A stretch of DNA of 64,000 nt from Chloroflexota bacterium (GCA_037440925.1 JBBITF010000006.1:1-64000), one strand, 5' to 3'. Positions 9,564-20,619 are shown, counted from the stretch's first letter. The notes: generated from the sequence alone by a model not told the origin. A program made the numbers and translations.

Positions 9564-11207
9564 ATGTCCCAAAGACATAAATACCGCGCCCAGATCCTGC
9601 TCAAGCCGCAGCAACACAAACAACTGGCAAAGATCGCTGCCCGCGAGAAGCGTAGCATCTCCGCCGTGGTGCGCGAGGCGGTGGCGGAATATGTGACGGC
9701 GCAAATGAAGGATGGACTCGCCTCTGATCTGGCCTTTTTGTTGCTTGTACTCATGGGCATGATGCTGCGCCTGTGGCAGTACGCCGCCAACCGCTCGCTG
9801 TGGGCCGACGAGGCCAGCCTGGCCTATAACCTAGTAAACCGCTCCTTCACGGAACTGACCCAATTGTTGGATTATCACCAGGCCGCGCCCATCGGCTTCC
9901 TGTTCATCGAAAAGTTCTTCGTGGTGATATTAGGCAATCACGATTACGTCATGCGCATCTTCCCGTTGTTGGCTGGTTTGCTAGCCACCGTCCTGGTCTA
10001 CCGAATCGCGCGGGAACATTTCGGATGGGCGGGGCTGTTCGCTTTGGCGATGTTCTCAGTGGGGTACTGGCTAGTGTACTACGCTTCGGAGCTCAAGCAA
10101 TATTCTAGCGACGTGATGGCGGCGGTGTTGTTGGTCTACTTGGCAAGCCGGTGTTTGCGGAAAGAAGCGCAAGGGCGGGACTTCTTTTGGCTGGGCATGG
10201 CGGGGACGATTCTTATCTGGATCTCGCATCCGTCCGTGTTCATTCTGGCGGGCGTTGGGCTGGCGCTACTGCTTGAAGTGCTGACCGGCCAGGGACGCGC
10301 GCCTCTGTCCTGGCTGGCAGGCATGGGACTGGCCTGGCTGGCCTCCTTCGGGCTAGAATATCTTGTCTCCCTGCAGCACATAATTGCGGACGAATACCTG
10401 ATTGACTATTGGCGCCGGACGTATATGCCCATGCCGCCCTGGAGCAATCTGGGTTGGTTTCTGAAGACTTACCATTCCTTTTTGTTTATCTGCCTGCATC
10501 GCACCGATTGGGTGATGTCTGGCATTTTTCTCACCCTGGCGGGGATTGGTATAGCCTGCTTGCTTTTGAGGAACCGCAACATGGCGCTGTTGGTCATCTC
10601 ACCGTTTGTGATGGCCCTGGTCGCCTCAGCCTTGCAGCGCTATCCGCTCCAGTATCGTTTCATGCTGTTCTTGATCCCTTTCGCGTTCTTCCTGATGGCG
10701 GCTGGGTTGCAGGGCCTGTACTGGTTGGTTGTAAAACTGAACCGCATGCTGGCGCTGGCTGTGTGCAGCATACTTGCACTGGCAGCCTTCTGGATGATTG
10801 CGCCTCACACGTTCAGCATGGTTGCCAACCCAGAAAAGGACGACATCAAGCCTGCCCTGGAATATATTGCAACCCACAGAATGGAGGGCGATACCCTCTA
10901 CGTTTTCCATGCCGCCGACCCTGTGTTCCGTTACTACGCTCCCTTTTACGGCCTGGAGGTGGGAGAGGTTATCATTGGCTTCGACACCCCCCGGAAAAAA
11001 CGGGCGCTTCAAGGATTCCAAGATGATGTTAAAGCGCTGTGGGGAAAGGACAGGGTCTGGTTCCTGTTTGCCGAAATCGTAGACTGCCCCGGCTGCGAGA
11101 GCGACCAGCAGGCTTTTTACCTGGAATATCTCAATCAGTTTGGCGTAATGTTGGACAGTTTTGATGGGACTGGTGGGAATGCCTACCTGTACGACTTGAA
11201 CCCTTAA
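9564..11207 (+). CDS. Ribbon-helix-helix (CopG/Arc-like) N-domain fused in frame to a GT-C family (ArnT/PMT-like) membrane glycosyltransferase
   Basis: ATG 9564. Residues 1-50 (KYRAQILLKPQQHKQLAKIAAREKRSISAVVREAVAEYV) look like an RHH DNA-binding fold. The rest is a 12+ TM protein with a GT-C-type DE motif (WADEASLAYN) in the first loop. Confidence 0.55.
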   Translation: MSQRHKYRAQILLKPQQHKQLAKIAAREKRSISAVVREAVAEYVTAQMKDGLASDLAFLLLVLMGMMLRLWQYAANRSLWADEASLAYNLVNRSFTELTQLLDYHQAAPIGFLFIEKFFVVILGNHDYVMRIFPLLAGLLATVLVYRIAREHFGWAGLFALAMFSVGYWLVYYASELKQYSSDVMAAVLLVYLASRCLRKEAQGRDFFWLGMAGTILIWISHPSVFILAGVGLALLLEVLTGQGRAPLSWLAGMGLAWLASFGLEYLVSLQHIIADEYLIDYWRRTYMPMPPWSNLGWFLKTYHSFLFICLHRTDWVMSGIFLTLAGIGIACLLLRNRNMALLVISPFVMALVASALQRYPLQYRFMLFLIPFAFFLMAAGLQGLYWLVVKLNRMLALAVCSILALAAFWMIAPHTFSMVANPEKDDIKPALEYIATHRMEGDTLYVFHAADPVFRYYAPFYGLEVGEVIIGFDTPRKKRALQGFQDDVKALWGKDRVWFLFAEIVDCPGCESDQQAFYLEYLNQFGVMLDSFDGTGGNAYLYDLNP

Positions 11208-11347
11208 GCGGCGGCGCCTTTCCCCGCCTTGAAATCGGAGTAAAAGGTCATATTTCCTCTGTGACCTCCATCACTTGCTTTGTCGCAAATCTCACAATAA
11301 AATCACTATAACTGATAAAAATTACCTGCATTGTAAGAGAGGTTGCT

Positions 11348-11761
11348 ATGCAAATCACCCGCCAAGCCGATTATGCTGTCCGCGCTGTGTTATATCTTGC
11401 GCGCATGAAAGGAAATCAGCGCGCCGCTACCAGCGCGATTGCCAAAGAGCAAGACATCCCCCCTTCCTTCTTGGCAAAGATCATTTCGCAACTTTCGATT
11501 GCAGGTCTATTGCATACCTCACGCGGTGCGCGCGGCGGCGTCACTTTGGCGCGTGAGCCGAAAGATATTACGCTTTTGGAAGTCATTGAAGCCATTGATG
11601 GCCCCATTATGCTGAATGAATGTGTGGGCGATAGCGCTACCTGCACGTTCAATGAGAATTGCCCGCTCAAGCCGGTGTGGTGTGATGCGCAGAATGAACT
11701 GGTGACGCGGCTGAAAGGCACCAACTTTGCTCAATTGCTGAACCATAAAGCCGCTGCATGA
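11348..11761 (+). CDS. Rrf2-family transcriptional regulator
   Basis: MQITRQADYAVRAVLYLA... canonical Rrf2 wHTH N-terminus. C-terminal region carries Cys (CVGDSATCTFNENC), possibly an Fe-S ligand set. Confidence 0.85.
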   Translation: MQITRQADYAVRAVLYLARMKGNQRAATSAIAKEQDIPPSFLAKIISQLSIAGLLHTSRGARGGVTLAREPKDITLLEVIEAIDGPIMLNECVGDSATCTFNENCPLKPVWCDAQNELVTRLKGTNFAQLLNHKAAA

Positions 11762-12013
11762 CGATAGAAAGTCGTCCCCATTTTCTTGCCGGCTCTCTGA
11801 GAATGGCAGTGACGCTTGGCTGGATTGACGAATCCAGCCGCCAGAAGGCAGCGCAAGCCAGCGTTCTGCCTGTATTTTCGGGATTGGCAATACCCGTTAC
11901 GGCGGTGAGGGGGAAACAAGGATTTCACTTGTAAGGCACGAATTCTCTTCATCGCGTATAATAGCGGGGAGATGGATGTACAGCCGTTTGAGCGGCTGGA
12001 ATTTCGAGGCGCT

Positions 12014-12745
12014 ATGCACAAGCGAGTCATCTTTCCCTGTCTGGCCTTGACGCTGGCGGCCCTGGCTTGCAGTCTGTCTGATTACCTGCCTGCGCCGGCG
12101 CCGGTCATCGAGCCATCTCCTTTGCCTACCTTTGCGATCCCTAGCGAGACGCCCATCCCAACCGAGACGCCCCTGCCGACGATCACGCCGACGCCGCAAA
12201 AGCCGGTCGCCTGGCCGAAGGACCAAGGCGTCCACTGCCGCTACGGGCCGGGGAAGGAATGGGAAGCGGTTAGCGCCGTGCCGGCCGGCACAACGGTCGA
12301 AATCTTGGGGCGGGTGTCGGAAACGACCTGGTGGTATGTGACAGACCCGCTGCACGAAGGGGACGCTTGCTGGGTAGCCTTCGATGTGATGGATACCGCC
12401 GGGGATTTGAGAATCATCCCCATCGTCGAGCCGCCAACCGCGCGAGTCACGCAGGTTAAGGTGGAAGCAACTGTTTCCTTCGTAACTTGCGGGGGACCCA
12501 ACCCGGTCACGTTCAGCGGGAAGATCACCGCCAACGGGCCGACGACGGCCACCTATCATTGGGAGATAGGCGGCGAAAAGCAGAGCGTCACCGGCGACCA
12601 AACGCTGACGTTTGCCGAAGCCGGCACGCAAAAATTGACCTTCGACGCCTACGACGCCGATTGCGGGAACTATTTCGTCGTCCTGTCGGTCACCAGCCCG
12701 AACGAGATGACGGCGCAGCAGGACTTCTCGATCAAAGCGCCGTAA
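12014..12745 (+). CDS. Secreted lipoprotein with bacterial SH3 (SH3b) domain
   Basis: Signal peptide plus lipobox (LAALAC|S). Pro/Thr-rich linker. SH3_3-like segment (VHCRYGPGKEWEAVSAVPAGTTVEILGRVSETTWWYV). Confidence 0.55.
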   Translation: MHKRVIFPCLALTLAALACSLSDYLPAPAPVIEPSPLPTFAIPSETPIPTETPLPTITPTPQKPVAWPKDQGVHCRYGPGKEWEAVSAVPAGTTVEILGRVSETTWWYVTDPLHEGDACWVAFDVMDTAGDLRIIPIVEPPTARVTQVKVEATVSFVTCGGPNPVTFSGKITANGPTTATYHWEIGGEKQSVTGDQTLTFAEAGTQKLTFDAYDADCGNYFVVLSVTSPNEMTAQQDFSIKAP

Positions 12746-12772
12746 AGCGGCATATCGGGTACAATTCGCCGC

Positions 12773-13393
12773 ATGTCCAAACGCCTTTCCTACTCATTGC
12801 TCTTCCTGGGTGCGTTGGCGGCCATTGCCATTTTGGCCTTCTTCGGGCCGGAGGAACAATCGCTCGGCTCCAACGTGCGCATCGTGTACCTGCACGGCGC
12901 CTGGGTGCTGGCGGCAGAAGCCGCCTTCGCCGCCGCCGCCCTGACCGGGCTGCTGGGCCTGGCCCTGCGCCGCGAAAGATTGCATCACTGGTCTGCGGCG
13001 CTGGGGCGGGCTGGCATCCTCTTCTGGCTGACCTACCTGCCGCTCTCGCTGTGGGCCATGCAGGCCAATTGGAACGGCTTGTTCCTGGCTGAGCCGCGTT
13101 TCCGCCTGGCGTTGACCTTTGCCATCGTGGGCGCGCTGCTGCAAATCGGGCTGTGGCTGACCGGCAAAGCATGGCTGACCTCGCTGGCGAACCTGGCCTT
13201 TTTCATCGTCCTGCGCGTGGCCTTTTCCACCGCCTCCAACGTCATGCACCCGCCGCCTTCTCCCATCTTTTCTTCCGGCTTGTGGGACGTCATCTTGTTC
13301 TTCATCGCCTTGAATGTATTGGCCTGGGCAGCCGCCTACTTTTTGGCAAGAGTTTTTTTGCAGCCCCAGTCGTTCAAGGAAAAAAGCGGCTAA
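12773..13393 (+). CDS. Hypothetical polytopic membrane protein
   Basis: 206 aa with about 6 predicted TM helices. No recognisable family. Confidence 0.4.
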   Translation: MSKRLSYSLLFLGALAAIAILAFFGPEEQSLGSNVRIVYLHGAWVLAAEAAFAAAALTGLLGLALRRERLHHWSAALGRAGILFWLTYLPLSLWAMQANWNGLFLAEPRFRLALTFAIVGALLQIGLWLTGKAWLTSLANLAFFIVLRVAFSTASNVMHPPPSPIFSSGLWDVILFFIALNVLAWAAAYFLARVFLQPQSFKEKSG

Positions 13394-13493
13394 GGCCGCC
13401 ACAAGAGCGGCTAAAGCCGCCACTACCGATTATCCGACTACCGACTATCTGACTCGCCAATCCTTGCCTATCTCCATCCAACTCCTCATCGTC

Positions 13494-14627
13494 ATGGCGC
13501 TGCGCACCGTTCTCAACACGGCGCACCGCATGGTCTACCCCTTCCTGGCGGTCTTTGCGCGCGGGCTGGGCGTGGACATTACCGCCCTGTCGCTGGCGCT
13601 CACGGGACGCTCGGTGGCCGGGGCGTTTGTTCCCTTCGTCTCTTCGGTGGCCGATCAGCGCGGGCGGCGCTTTGGGATGCTGGCGGGGGTTGCCTTGTTC
13701 ACCTTCGGGGTGGCACTGGTCGCGCTTGCGCCCTCGCTGTGGACGATGACGGCGGCCCTCATCCTGGCTATGCTGGGCAAGTACCTGTTCGACCCGGCCA
13801 TGCAGGCTTACTTCGGCGACCGCATCCCCTACCGGCGGCGCGGACTGGCGCTGGCCGTGACCGAGATGAGTTGGTCGCTGGCCTTCATCGTCGGCGTGCC
13901 GCTCATGGGTTTCTTGATTGCGCGCTACGGCTGGTCGGCGCCTTTCCCGCTGCTGGCGCTGCTGGGCGTGGGCATGTTCGCCGTCCTGTGGTGGATGACG
14001 CCGCGCCGCGACCCGAACCACGCGCCCGCAAGCAGTCCCTGGGCGAACTTTGGGATCGTATTGCGCAACGTCCCGGCGCTGGCGGGCATCTCGGTGGCGT
14101 TGTGGGCCAGCGCCGCCAATGAACTGGTTAATCTCATCTTCGGCGTGTGGCTGGAGGATTCGTTTGGCCTGCAAATCGCCGCGCTGGCGGGCGCTTCGGC
14201 GGTCATCGGCCTTTCAGAATTGAGCGGCGAGGGGCTGGTGGCGCTGCTGACCGACCGCCTGGGCAAGCCGCGTGCGCTGGCCTTCGGCTTGACCGGCAAC
14301 GCGCTGGCCTGCCTGCTTCTTCCTTTCATTGGGCGGACACAGGCCGGCGCCCTGCTGGGATTGACGCTGTTCTACATCACCTTCGAGTTCATCATGGTCA
14401 GCCACATCCCGTTGATGACGGAGATCATGCCGGGCGCGCGCGCCACGATGCTCTCCTTCAACCTGACCGGCCATTCGCTGGGACGTGCGCTGGGCGCCTT
14501 CCTGGCGGCTTTCGTTTACCGGCAGTTCGGTTTCTTCGCCGTGACCCTGCTGGCGCTGGTTTTCAATCTCTTTGGACTGTTGGCGCTGCGCAGGCTGGGA
14601 CAGGATGCCCGCTTGCGGGAGGCGTGA
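13494..14627 (+). CDS. MFS transporter
   Basis: 12-TM architecture. MFS loop motif (ADQRGRRFGM) between TM2 and TM3. Start ATG 13494 chosen to limit overlap with the upstream gene. Confidence 0.7.
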   Translation: MALRTVLNTAHRMVYPFLAVFARGLGVDITALSLALTGRSVAGAFVPFVSSVADQRGRRFGMLAGVALFTFGVALVALAPSLWTMTAALILAMLGKYLFDPAMQAYFGDRIPYRRRGLALAVTEMSWSLAFIVGVPLMGFLIARYGWSAPFPLLALLGVGMFAVLWWMTPRRDPNHAPASSPWANFGIVLRNVPALAGISVALWASAANELVNLIFGVWLEDSFGLQIAALAGASAVIGLSELSGEGLVALLTDRLGKPRALAFGLTGNALACLLLPFIGRTQAGALLGLTLFYITFEFIMVSHIPLMTEIMPGARATMLSFNLTGHSLGRALGAFLAAFVYRQFGFFAVTLLALVFNLFGLLALRRLGQDARLREA

Positions 14628-14662
14628 GACGTGCAATGGGGAGGCGTGCAATGGGGAGACGT
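14628..14662 (+). repeat. Short tandem repeat (~2.5 x 14 nt, GCGTGCAATGGGGA) spanning the methyltransferase start
   Basis: gacGTGCAATGGGGAggcGTGCAATGGGGAgacGTGCAAg. Encodes QWGGVQWGDVQ at the protein N-terminus. Confidence 0.6.
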
Positions 14663-15179
14663 GCAAGACATCTCCCTGCTGGTGTTGGCGGCCCTCTTCC
14701 TGCTGGGCAGCGGACTGTGGCTGCTCGTGCCGGCATGGTATGGCGTCCCCTGGGTGCCGGCGCGCAGGGAGCGCATCCGCAGGGCGCTGCAACTGGCGAA
14801 TTTGCGGCCTGGCGAAACGCTCTACGATCTGGGCGCGGGCGATGGGCGCGCGCTGTTGATAGCCGCTGAGGAGTTCGGCGCCCAGGCGGTGGGCATCGAG
14901 ATCGGCCCGATGCAATGCCTGTGGGGGCGGCTGAAATGTCTGTTTAGCGGGAGCAGGCACAGGGTCCGGCTGCGATGCGGGAATTTCTACCGCGCTGACC
15001 TGTCGGCGGCGGATGTCGTTTTCGTGTATCTGCTCTCGGCCCAGACCGCCCGTCTCGCAGGGAAGTTGAAACGCGAACTGCATCCCGGCGCGCGCGTGGT
15101 CAGCCTGGCGGCAGATTTCCCTGCCTGGCAGCCAGCGGCGGTGGATCGGGAGAATCTCATCTTTTTGTATGTGATGTAA
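14631..15179 (+). CDS. Class I SAM-dependent methyltransferase with N-terminal TM anchor
   Basis: Motif I LYDLGAGDGRALL and post-I acidic residue. GTG start at 14631 right after the MFS stop. Confidence 0.65.
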   Translation: MQWGGVQWGDVQDISLLVLAALFLLGSGLWLLVPAWYGVPWVPARRERIRRALQLANLRPGETLYDLGAGDGRALLIAAEEFGAQAVGIEIGPMQCLWGRLKCLFSGSRHRVRLRCGNFYRADLSAADVVFVYLLSAQTARLAGKLKRELHPGARVVSLAADFPAWQPAAVDRENLIFLYVM

Positions 15180-15187
15180 GGAGGATT

Positions 15188-16351
15188 ATGTCGAACACAG
15201 CAGATGTCATCATCATCGGCGCGGGCGTGCATGGCGCAAGTCTGGCCTTCCACCTGGCCGAGCGCGGCGTGAAGGCGCTGGTGCTGGAAAAGAGTTTCGT
15301 GGCGGCCGGCGCGACCGGGCGCTCCAGCGGCCTGGTGCGGATGCACTACGACGTGCGCCAGGACTCGCAACTGGCCTGGATTTCGTTCGGTTATTTCCGA
15401 AACTGGGCCGAAAGGGTGGGCGGGGAATGCGGCTTCACCCGCACGGGCTTCATCCAGATTGTAGCGCGCGAAAGCGAGGCAGCGCTGCGGGCCAATACCG
15501 CCATGCATCAGGAAATCGGTATTCCTGCCTTCCTGGTCTCTGCGGCGGATGTGGGACGGCTGGCGCCCTCCTTCACGACGGGCGACTTCGACCTCGCTTC
15601 TTACGAACCCGAATCCGGCTACGCGGACCCAAGCGCTACTGCCGCCTCGTTCTTTTCCGCCGCCCGCGACAGGGGCGCGCGCCTCATCCAGGATTGCGCC
15701 GTGACGGGCGTGATCGTGCAGGGCGGCCAGGTCAAAGGCGTGCAGACCAGGCAGGGCGATTTTTACGCGCCGGCCGTGGTCAACGCCGCCGGGCCGTGGG
15801 CCGATCAAATCAATGCGATGGTCGGGCTGGACCTGCCCTTCACCACCTGGCGGCACGATACGATGTTCGTAGGGCGTCCCAGGGAAATGGGACCCAGCCA
15901 TCCGGTGGTGATTGATTTCCCCAACGAGATGTACTTCCGCCCGGAGACCGGCGGGTTGACGCTGGTGGGCCTGGAAGACGGCAACCCGCTGGGCGATTCG
16001 CCCGACGGCGACGCCGATCACCCGCTCAAAGGCTTCGTGGAACGCGCCGTGGAACGCATCTGCCGCCGCATCCCGGCCATGGAAAACAGTTACCTGCACA
16101 CCGCGCACGGCGGCTACGACGGCTTGACCCCCGACCAACATCCCCTGCTAGGGCAGGCCGGGCCAGACGGCTTCTACCTGCAATGCGGCATGAGCGGCAC
16201 CGGCTTCAAGATCGCCCCGGCGGTGGGATTGTGCATGTCTGAGTTGATCCTGGACGGCGCAGCCAAGAGCGTGGACATCTCCATTTACCGCCCGCAGCGC
16301 TTTGCCGAAGGGAAGGAAATCAAGGGAAATTACCAGAGCATCTGGCGTTGA
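15188..16351 (+). CDS. FAD-dependent oxidoreductase (DAO/sarcosine-oxidase-beta-like)
   Basis: N-terminal DVIIIGAGVHGASLAFHLA dinucleotide-binding motif. DAO-family length of 387 aa. Confidence 0.75.
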   Translation: MSNTADVIIIGAGVHGASLAFHLAERGVKALVLEKSFVAAGATGRSSGLVRMHYDVRQDSQLAWISFGYFRNWAERVGGECGFTRTGFIQIVARESEAALRANTAMHQEIGIPAFLVSAADVGRLAPSFTTGDFDLASYEPESGYADPSATAASFFSAARDRGARLIQDCAVTGVIVQGGQVKGVQTRQGDFYAPAVVNAAGPWADQINAMVGLDLPFTTWRHDTMFVGRPREMGPSHPVVIDFPNEMYFRPETGGLTLVGLEDGNPLGDSPDGDADHPLKGFVERAVERICRRIPAMENSYLHTAHGGYDGLTPDQHPLLGQAGPDGFYLQCGMSGTGFKIAPAVGLCMSELILDGAAKSVDISIYRPQRFAEGKEIKGNYQSIWR

Positions 16352-16381
16352 TGGATTTGTGATAAAATTGCGCCTGCAATT

Positions 16382-16453
16382 GCCCCCGTAGCTCAGTGGA
16401 TAGAGCGTCGGCCTCCGGAGCCGAAGAGGACAGTTCGAGTCTGTCCGGGGGTA
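16382..16453 (+). tRNA. tRNA-Arg (anticodon CCG)
   Basis: Cloverleaf read by hand: acceptor GCCCCCG/CGGGGGU (G1-U72 wobble), D-arm GCTC-AGTGGATA-GAGC, anticodon arm TCGGC-CTCCGGA-GCCGA, T-arm GACAG-TTCGAGT-CTGTC. No encoded CCA. Followed by hairpin GCCAGCAGtgatcCTGCTGGC. Confidence 0.8.
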
Positions 16454-16591
16454 TTCCCATCACGGGGTTGTCCGCCAGCAGTGATCCTGCTGGCGTAATC
16501 ATTAGACCTTGTCGGAAATAACATGCAAGCATCGTTCCGAAGGCTGATTCATCTGACGGCAACCTTCGAGAGGTTTTTCCCCAGGCTGGCG

Positions 16592-16626
16592 CTTGAAAGA
16601 GAGAAAACCCGGCGCTGTGCTATAAT
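16592..16626 (+). promoter_or_regulatory. Candidate sigma70-type promoter for secA (perfect TATAAT -10)
   Basis: TATAAT at 16621-16626, 18 nt upstream of the secA ATG. TTGAAA at 16594-16599 is a possible -35 but the spacer is long (about 21 nt). Confidence 0.3.
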
Positions 16627-16644
16627 CTCGTCAGAAAGGTAAGT

Positions 16645-19600
16645 ATGCTGCAAAAATTCGTCAAATGGTTTGGGGGCGACCCCAACAAACGCCAAATTGA
16701 GAATTTGAGCGAACTGGTTGAAGTCATCAATGCTTTCGAACCAACGTTGGAAGCGTTGAGCGATGAAGCCTTGCGCGCCAAAACGGAGTCGTTCCGCGCC
16801 AGATTACGTCAGGCTACGGATGGCATCGAAGAGGATGACAAACGCTTCCAGGTGGAACAGGAAGTTTTAGAAGAAATCCTGCCCGAAGCCTACGCTGTAG
16901 TGCGCGAAGCCTCCAAACGCACCATTGGCTTGCGGCACTATGACGTGCAGATGATCGGCGGCATCGTTCTGCATCACAATTCCATCGCCGAGATGCGTAC
17001 CGGCGAGGGCAAAACGTTGGTCGCCACGCTGCCGCTCTATCTGAATGCGCTGGCCGGCCATGGCTGCCACCTGGTCACGGTCAACGATTACCTGGCGCGC
17101 CGCGATGCGCGCTGGATGGCGCCTATTTTCAATTTCCTGGGGCTGTCGGTGGGCGTCTTGCAAATGGCGGTGGTAACCGAAAACGGCAAGAAGGCCTTCC
17201 TGGTGGACCTGGAAAAAGACTCCCCGCATGAAGATCAACACCAGTTGCGTATGGTGGAGCGCGCTGAGGCCTATCGCGCCGACATCACTTATGGTACCAA
17301 CTCTGAATTCGGCTTCGATTACTTGCGCGACAATATGGCCATGCGTCTGGAAGACCGCGTTCAACGCGGTCACCATTACGCCATCGTAGACGAAGTGGAC
17401 AATGTGCTGATTGACGAGGCGCGCACGCCGCTCATCATCTCTGGCCCGGCTTCGGGCGACCTGGAATGGTATGGCAAGATGGCGCAACTCGTCAAGCAGT
17501 TGCAGCCAGAAGACTACGAAGTCAGCGAGAAAGACCGCACCGTTTCTTTGACCGAGATTGGCATTGCGCATGTCGAGCAATTGCTCGGTCAGCCGCTGCA
17601 AGACCCTGACCGCCCCGAAGATGTGACCCCCGAGCAGGCGCGTTTACTTGGCTACCTGGAACAGGCTTTGCGCGCTCAGCACCTTTTTAAGCGCAACAAA
17701 GACTACCTCGTTCAAGGCGGAAAGGTCGTCATCGTAGACGAGTTCACCGGGCGCTTGATGCCCGGCCGCCGCTGGAGCGACGGCTTGCATCAGGCGGTAG
17801 AAGCCAAAGAAGGCGTGCGGGTCGAACCAGAAAGCGTCACGTATGCCACGATTACCCTGCAAAACTACTTCCGCATGTACAGGAAACTGGCCGGCATGAC
17901 CGGCACCGCCCTGACCGAAGCGGAAGAATTCAACAAAATCTACAAACTGGAAGTGACGCCCATCCCTACCAACCTGGAATATCAGGCCTTTGGCAAGGAT
18001 GCGCCGCTGGTCGAGCGGAAGGCAAAAGATGAGGACGGTTACGAATACACCTATTACGTGCGGCGCGATGCGCTCTCTCCCACAGGGCAAGGGCAGGGCG
18101 AAATTGTGCTATGGAAGCGCAAGGATTATCCCGATGTCATCTACCGCACGGTAGAAGCCAAGTTGCGCGCTATCGTCAAGGAGATTGTGCGTTTGCACGT
18201 CATGGGCAGGCCTCAATTGGTAGGCACCACCTCGGTCGAGTCATCCGAGAGGCTATCGGAGCGGCTGAAAGCGGACATGGTACGCCGCTTGATGCAAATC
18301 CTGCTGGTACGCCATCTCTGGCTGAAAGCCAACGACCGTGTGGAGGACGGCCGCCTCATCGAAGAATTTGTCCCCTTCAATGCGCCGTTGGAAAAGATTG
18401 ACATCAGTCAACTGCGCAAGTTTGCCCAGCCTTTAGGAATCTCCAGCCTCAATCCCGATGACGCTTCTAACCTGCCCGTCCTGCTGGAGGTTCTCAACCT
18501 GCCGGACGAATACGCTGACCGCCTGAAGGCGGTGTTACAGGCGGGCGTGCCGCACCAGGTTTTGAACGCTCGCAAGCATACCGAAGAAAGTCAGATTATT
18601 GCCGGGGCGGGGGCGTTTGGCGCTGTGACGATTGCCACCAACATGGCCGGGCGCGGCGTAGACATCAAACTGGGCGGCGAACTGGCCGAGGAAGTCATCG
18701 CTGTCGTCAACCGCGTCTTGCGCCGCCTGGGCATTCCTGACCCTTACGACCTGCCGCTGGAAGAAAAACGCCAGGCGCTGCTCAAAGCCGATCCATCTGC
18801 CTTTGGCATCTACGAGGGCGAGGTCAAATTCTTCCTGACGTACTTTGAAGACAGGGAGCGCGTCAAGGCGCTGGGCGGCCTGCACGTCATCGGTTCTGAG
18901 CGCCACGAGGCCCGCCGTATAGATAATCAGTTGCGTGGACGCGCCGCCCGCCAGGGCGACCCCGGCTCCTCGCGCTTTTACCTCTCGCTCGAAGACGATT
19001 TGATGCGCCTGTTCGCCGGTCAACAGGTAGGCGCGCTGATGGAGCGCCTCAAAGTGGACGATTCGCTCCCGCTCGAAAGCCGCCTGGTGAGCAGCCTGGT
19101 CGAGCAGTCTCAGCACCGCGTCGAAGGCGCTAACTTTGACGTGCGCAAGCACCTGCTCGAATACGACGATGTCCTCAACAGCCAGCGCGAGCGCATCTAT
19201 GGCCAACGCGATCGCGTCTTCACCAAAGAAGACCTGCGCGACGACATCCAGGCCATGCTGCGCACCGAAGTGGAAGCGCGCGTGCCGGCCGGGCTGGAGG
19301 ACGAAGAAGGCCCTTGGAAGTTGATGGCCTGGTTGGAACAGGTCCAGCCGCCTTTTTCCTACGCCGACGAGCGCATCTTTCCCAGTTTTGGCCTACGCCT
19401 GCTCCTCGAGCGTCTCGGCGACCCGCCGGATATCCGCTCTGCTGCCCTGGAGTTGGTGCGCGAGGCGGTCGAAGCCGAACACGCCCACACCCTGCGCGCC
19501 ATCCAGCGCCTGCTCGAACGCAGCGCCGAAAGTCTCGACCAGCAGATCGAAGAACGTTACGATGCGCTGGACGCATTCCTCGAGGGTCTGAGCGACAGCG

Positions 19601-20619
19601 AAGAACAGCGCCGCCCGCAGCAAATCCTGGAAGAATTGCAGGGCGTCGTTCGCTTGTCGCTGAAACTGTCCAACGAGCAGATGCGCAGCCTGGCAAGCGA
19701 CCCGTCCGACCTGGAAGACGACCTCAAACAGGCCATTGCTACGCAATTGACCGCCCTGAGCGCCATGCGCGTTTCTGCCGCCATCGAGAACCGCCTGGGC
19801 GAATCGCTGAACCTGGACAGGGGCGTCTTTCAAACCGACGATTGGGACGGGCTGGCTGCGCTCATCCTGGAGACCACCGAAGTCTTGTTGCAGAAACAGC
19901 GCGAGCGCCTGGTTGGGTCAAACGGTCAAATCCAGCGTGACATCGAGGCCAGCCTCGAGCGCGAGCCTGCGCACGACGAGAGCGCCAAACTGCGTTTGCT
20001 CTTGGCCCTCTCGCAAGGCGTCCGCACTGCCTTCGATGCCAGGACCCACCGACAGGTGAAGCAGGTTTTTAGCCGCTTTAGTTATGTCTTTCTGACGGCG
20101 CGTTACCTGCAAGACCGCCCGGCGGAAGAGGTGGTCGAAGAAGTGTTGGATCACCTGGCGCAAGCCGAAGAGGCCCTCGCGCTGGCCTGGGGGCAGGGAG
20201 AACTTGCGAAACGGGCATCGTCCCCGCAGGAGGGGCGGGCTGAGGTCCAGGACGAAGCGTATGTCCGTCAAATCGGGCGGCAGGTTCTTAATCAAATCTA
20301 TCGCCAGTTGTTGCTGCAAGCCATCACCGAGCAATGGGTGGAATACCTGACGCGCGTCGAAGCCCTGCGCGTGTCCATTGGCCTGGAGGCTTACGCCCAA
20401 CGCGACCCGCTGGTACAATACAAAAGCCAGGCGTCCGAAATGTTCCAGGGATTAATGGCCGACATCCGCGCGCTGGTCGTCAGCCGCATCTTTGCCTATC
20501 GCCCGCGCCAGATCCGCCTCACGATTACCGACATGAGCGAGGCGCGTCCGGTTGCTGGCAGAGAGACAGGCCCGGCGGCGCCCTCCGAAAAAAAGAAAAA
20601 GAAACGCAAGCGGCATTGA
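16645..20619 (+). CDS. secA: Preprotein translocase ATPase SecA (long form, 1324 aa)
   Basis: N-terminal [15 protein letters not shown]..., DEAD-like motor with Walker A (MRTGEGKTL), DEVD box, conserved helical scaffold region. Ends in a polylysine tail KKKKKRKRH. Confidence 0.9.
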   Translation: MLQKFVKWFGGDPNKRQIENLSELVEVINAFEPTLEALSDEALRAKTESFRARLRQATDGIEEDDKRFQVEQEVLEEILPEAYAVVREASKRTIGLRHYDVQMIGGIVLHHNSIAEMRTGEGKTLVATLPLYLNALAGHGCHLVTVNDYLARRDARWMAPIFNFLGLSVGVLQMAVVTENGKKAFLVDLEKDSPHEDQHQLRMVERAEAYRADITYGTNSEFGFDYLRDNMAMRLEDRVQRGHHYAIVDEVDNVLIDEARTPLIISGPASGDLEWYGKMAQLVKQLQPEDYEVSEKDRTVSLTEIGIAHVEQLLGQPLQDPDRPEDVTPEQARLLGYLEQALRAQHLFKRNKDYLVQGGKVVIVDEFTGRLMPGRRWSDGLHQAVEAKEGVRVEPESVTYATITLQNYFRMYRKLAGMTGTALTEAEEFNKIYKLEVTPIPTNLEYQAFGKDAPLVERKAKDEDGYEYTYYVRRDALSPTGQGQGEIVLWKRKDYPDVIYRTVEAKLRAIVKEIVRLHVMGRPQLVGTTSVESSERLSERLKADMVRRLMQILLVRHLWLKANDRVEDGRLIEEFVPFNAPLEKIDISQLRKFAQPLGISSLNPDDASNLPVLLEVLNLPDEYADRLKAVLQAGVPHQVLNARKHTEESQIIAGAGAFGAVTIATNMAGRGVDIKLGGELAEEVIAVVNRVLRRLGIPDPYDLPLEEKRQALLKADPSAFGIYEGEVKFFLTYFEDRERVKALGGLHVIGSERHEARRIDNQLRGRAARQGDPGSSRFYLSLEDDLMRLFAGQQVGALMERLKVDDSLPLESRLVSSLVEQSQHRVEGANFDVRKHLLEYDDVLNSQRERIYGQRDRVFTKEDLRDDIQAMLRTEVEARVPAGLEDEEGPWKLMAWLEQVQPPFSYADERIFPSFGLRLLLERLGDPPDIRSAALELVREAVEAEHAHTLRAIQRLLERSAESLDQQIEERYDALDAFLEGLSDSEEQRRPQQILEELQGVVRLSLKLSNEQMRSLASDPSDLEDDLKQAIATQLTALSAMRVSAAIENRLGESLNLDRGVFQTDDWDGLAALILETTEVLLQKQRERLVGSNGQIQRDIEASLEREPAHDESAKLRLLLALSQGVRTAFDARTHRQVKQVFSRFSYVFLTARYLQDRPAEEVVEEVLDHLAQAEEALALAWGQGELAKRASSPQEGRAEVQDEAYVRQIGRQVLNQIYRQLLLQAITEQWVEYLTRVEALRVSIGLEAYAQRDPLVQYKSQASEMFQGLMADIRALVVSRIFAYRPRQIRLTITDMSEARPVAGRETGPAAPSEKKKKKRKRH

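Noticed and set aside
11762-12013. 250-bp structured gap between the Rrf2 regulator and the SH3 lipoprotein (hairpins GACGA-tagaaag-TCGTC and GGCTGGATT-gacg-AATCCAGCC) as a riboswitch
   Set aside because: No match to any riboswitch consensus I can recognise by eye. More likely a terminator plus 5'-UTR. Left unannotated.
16352-16644. Integrative element at the tRNA-Arg
   Set aside because: No integrase, no direct repeat of the tRNA 3' end, and downstream genes (secA, add, acnA) are core housekeeping.
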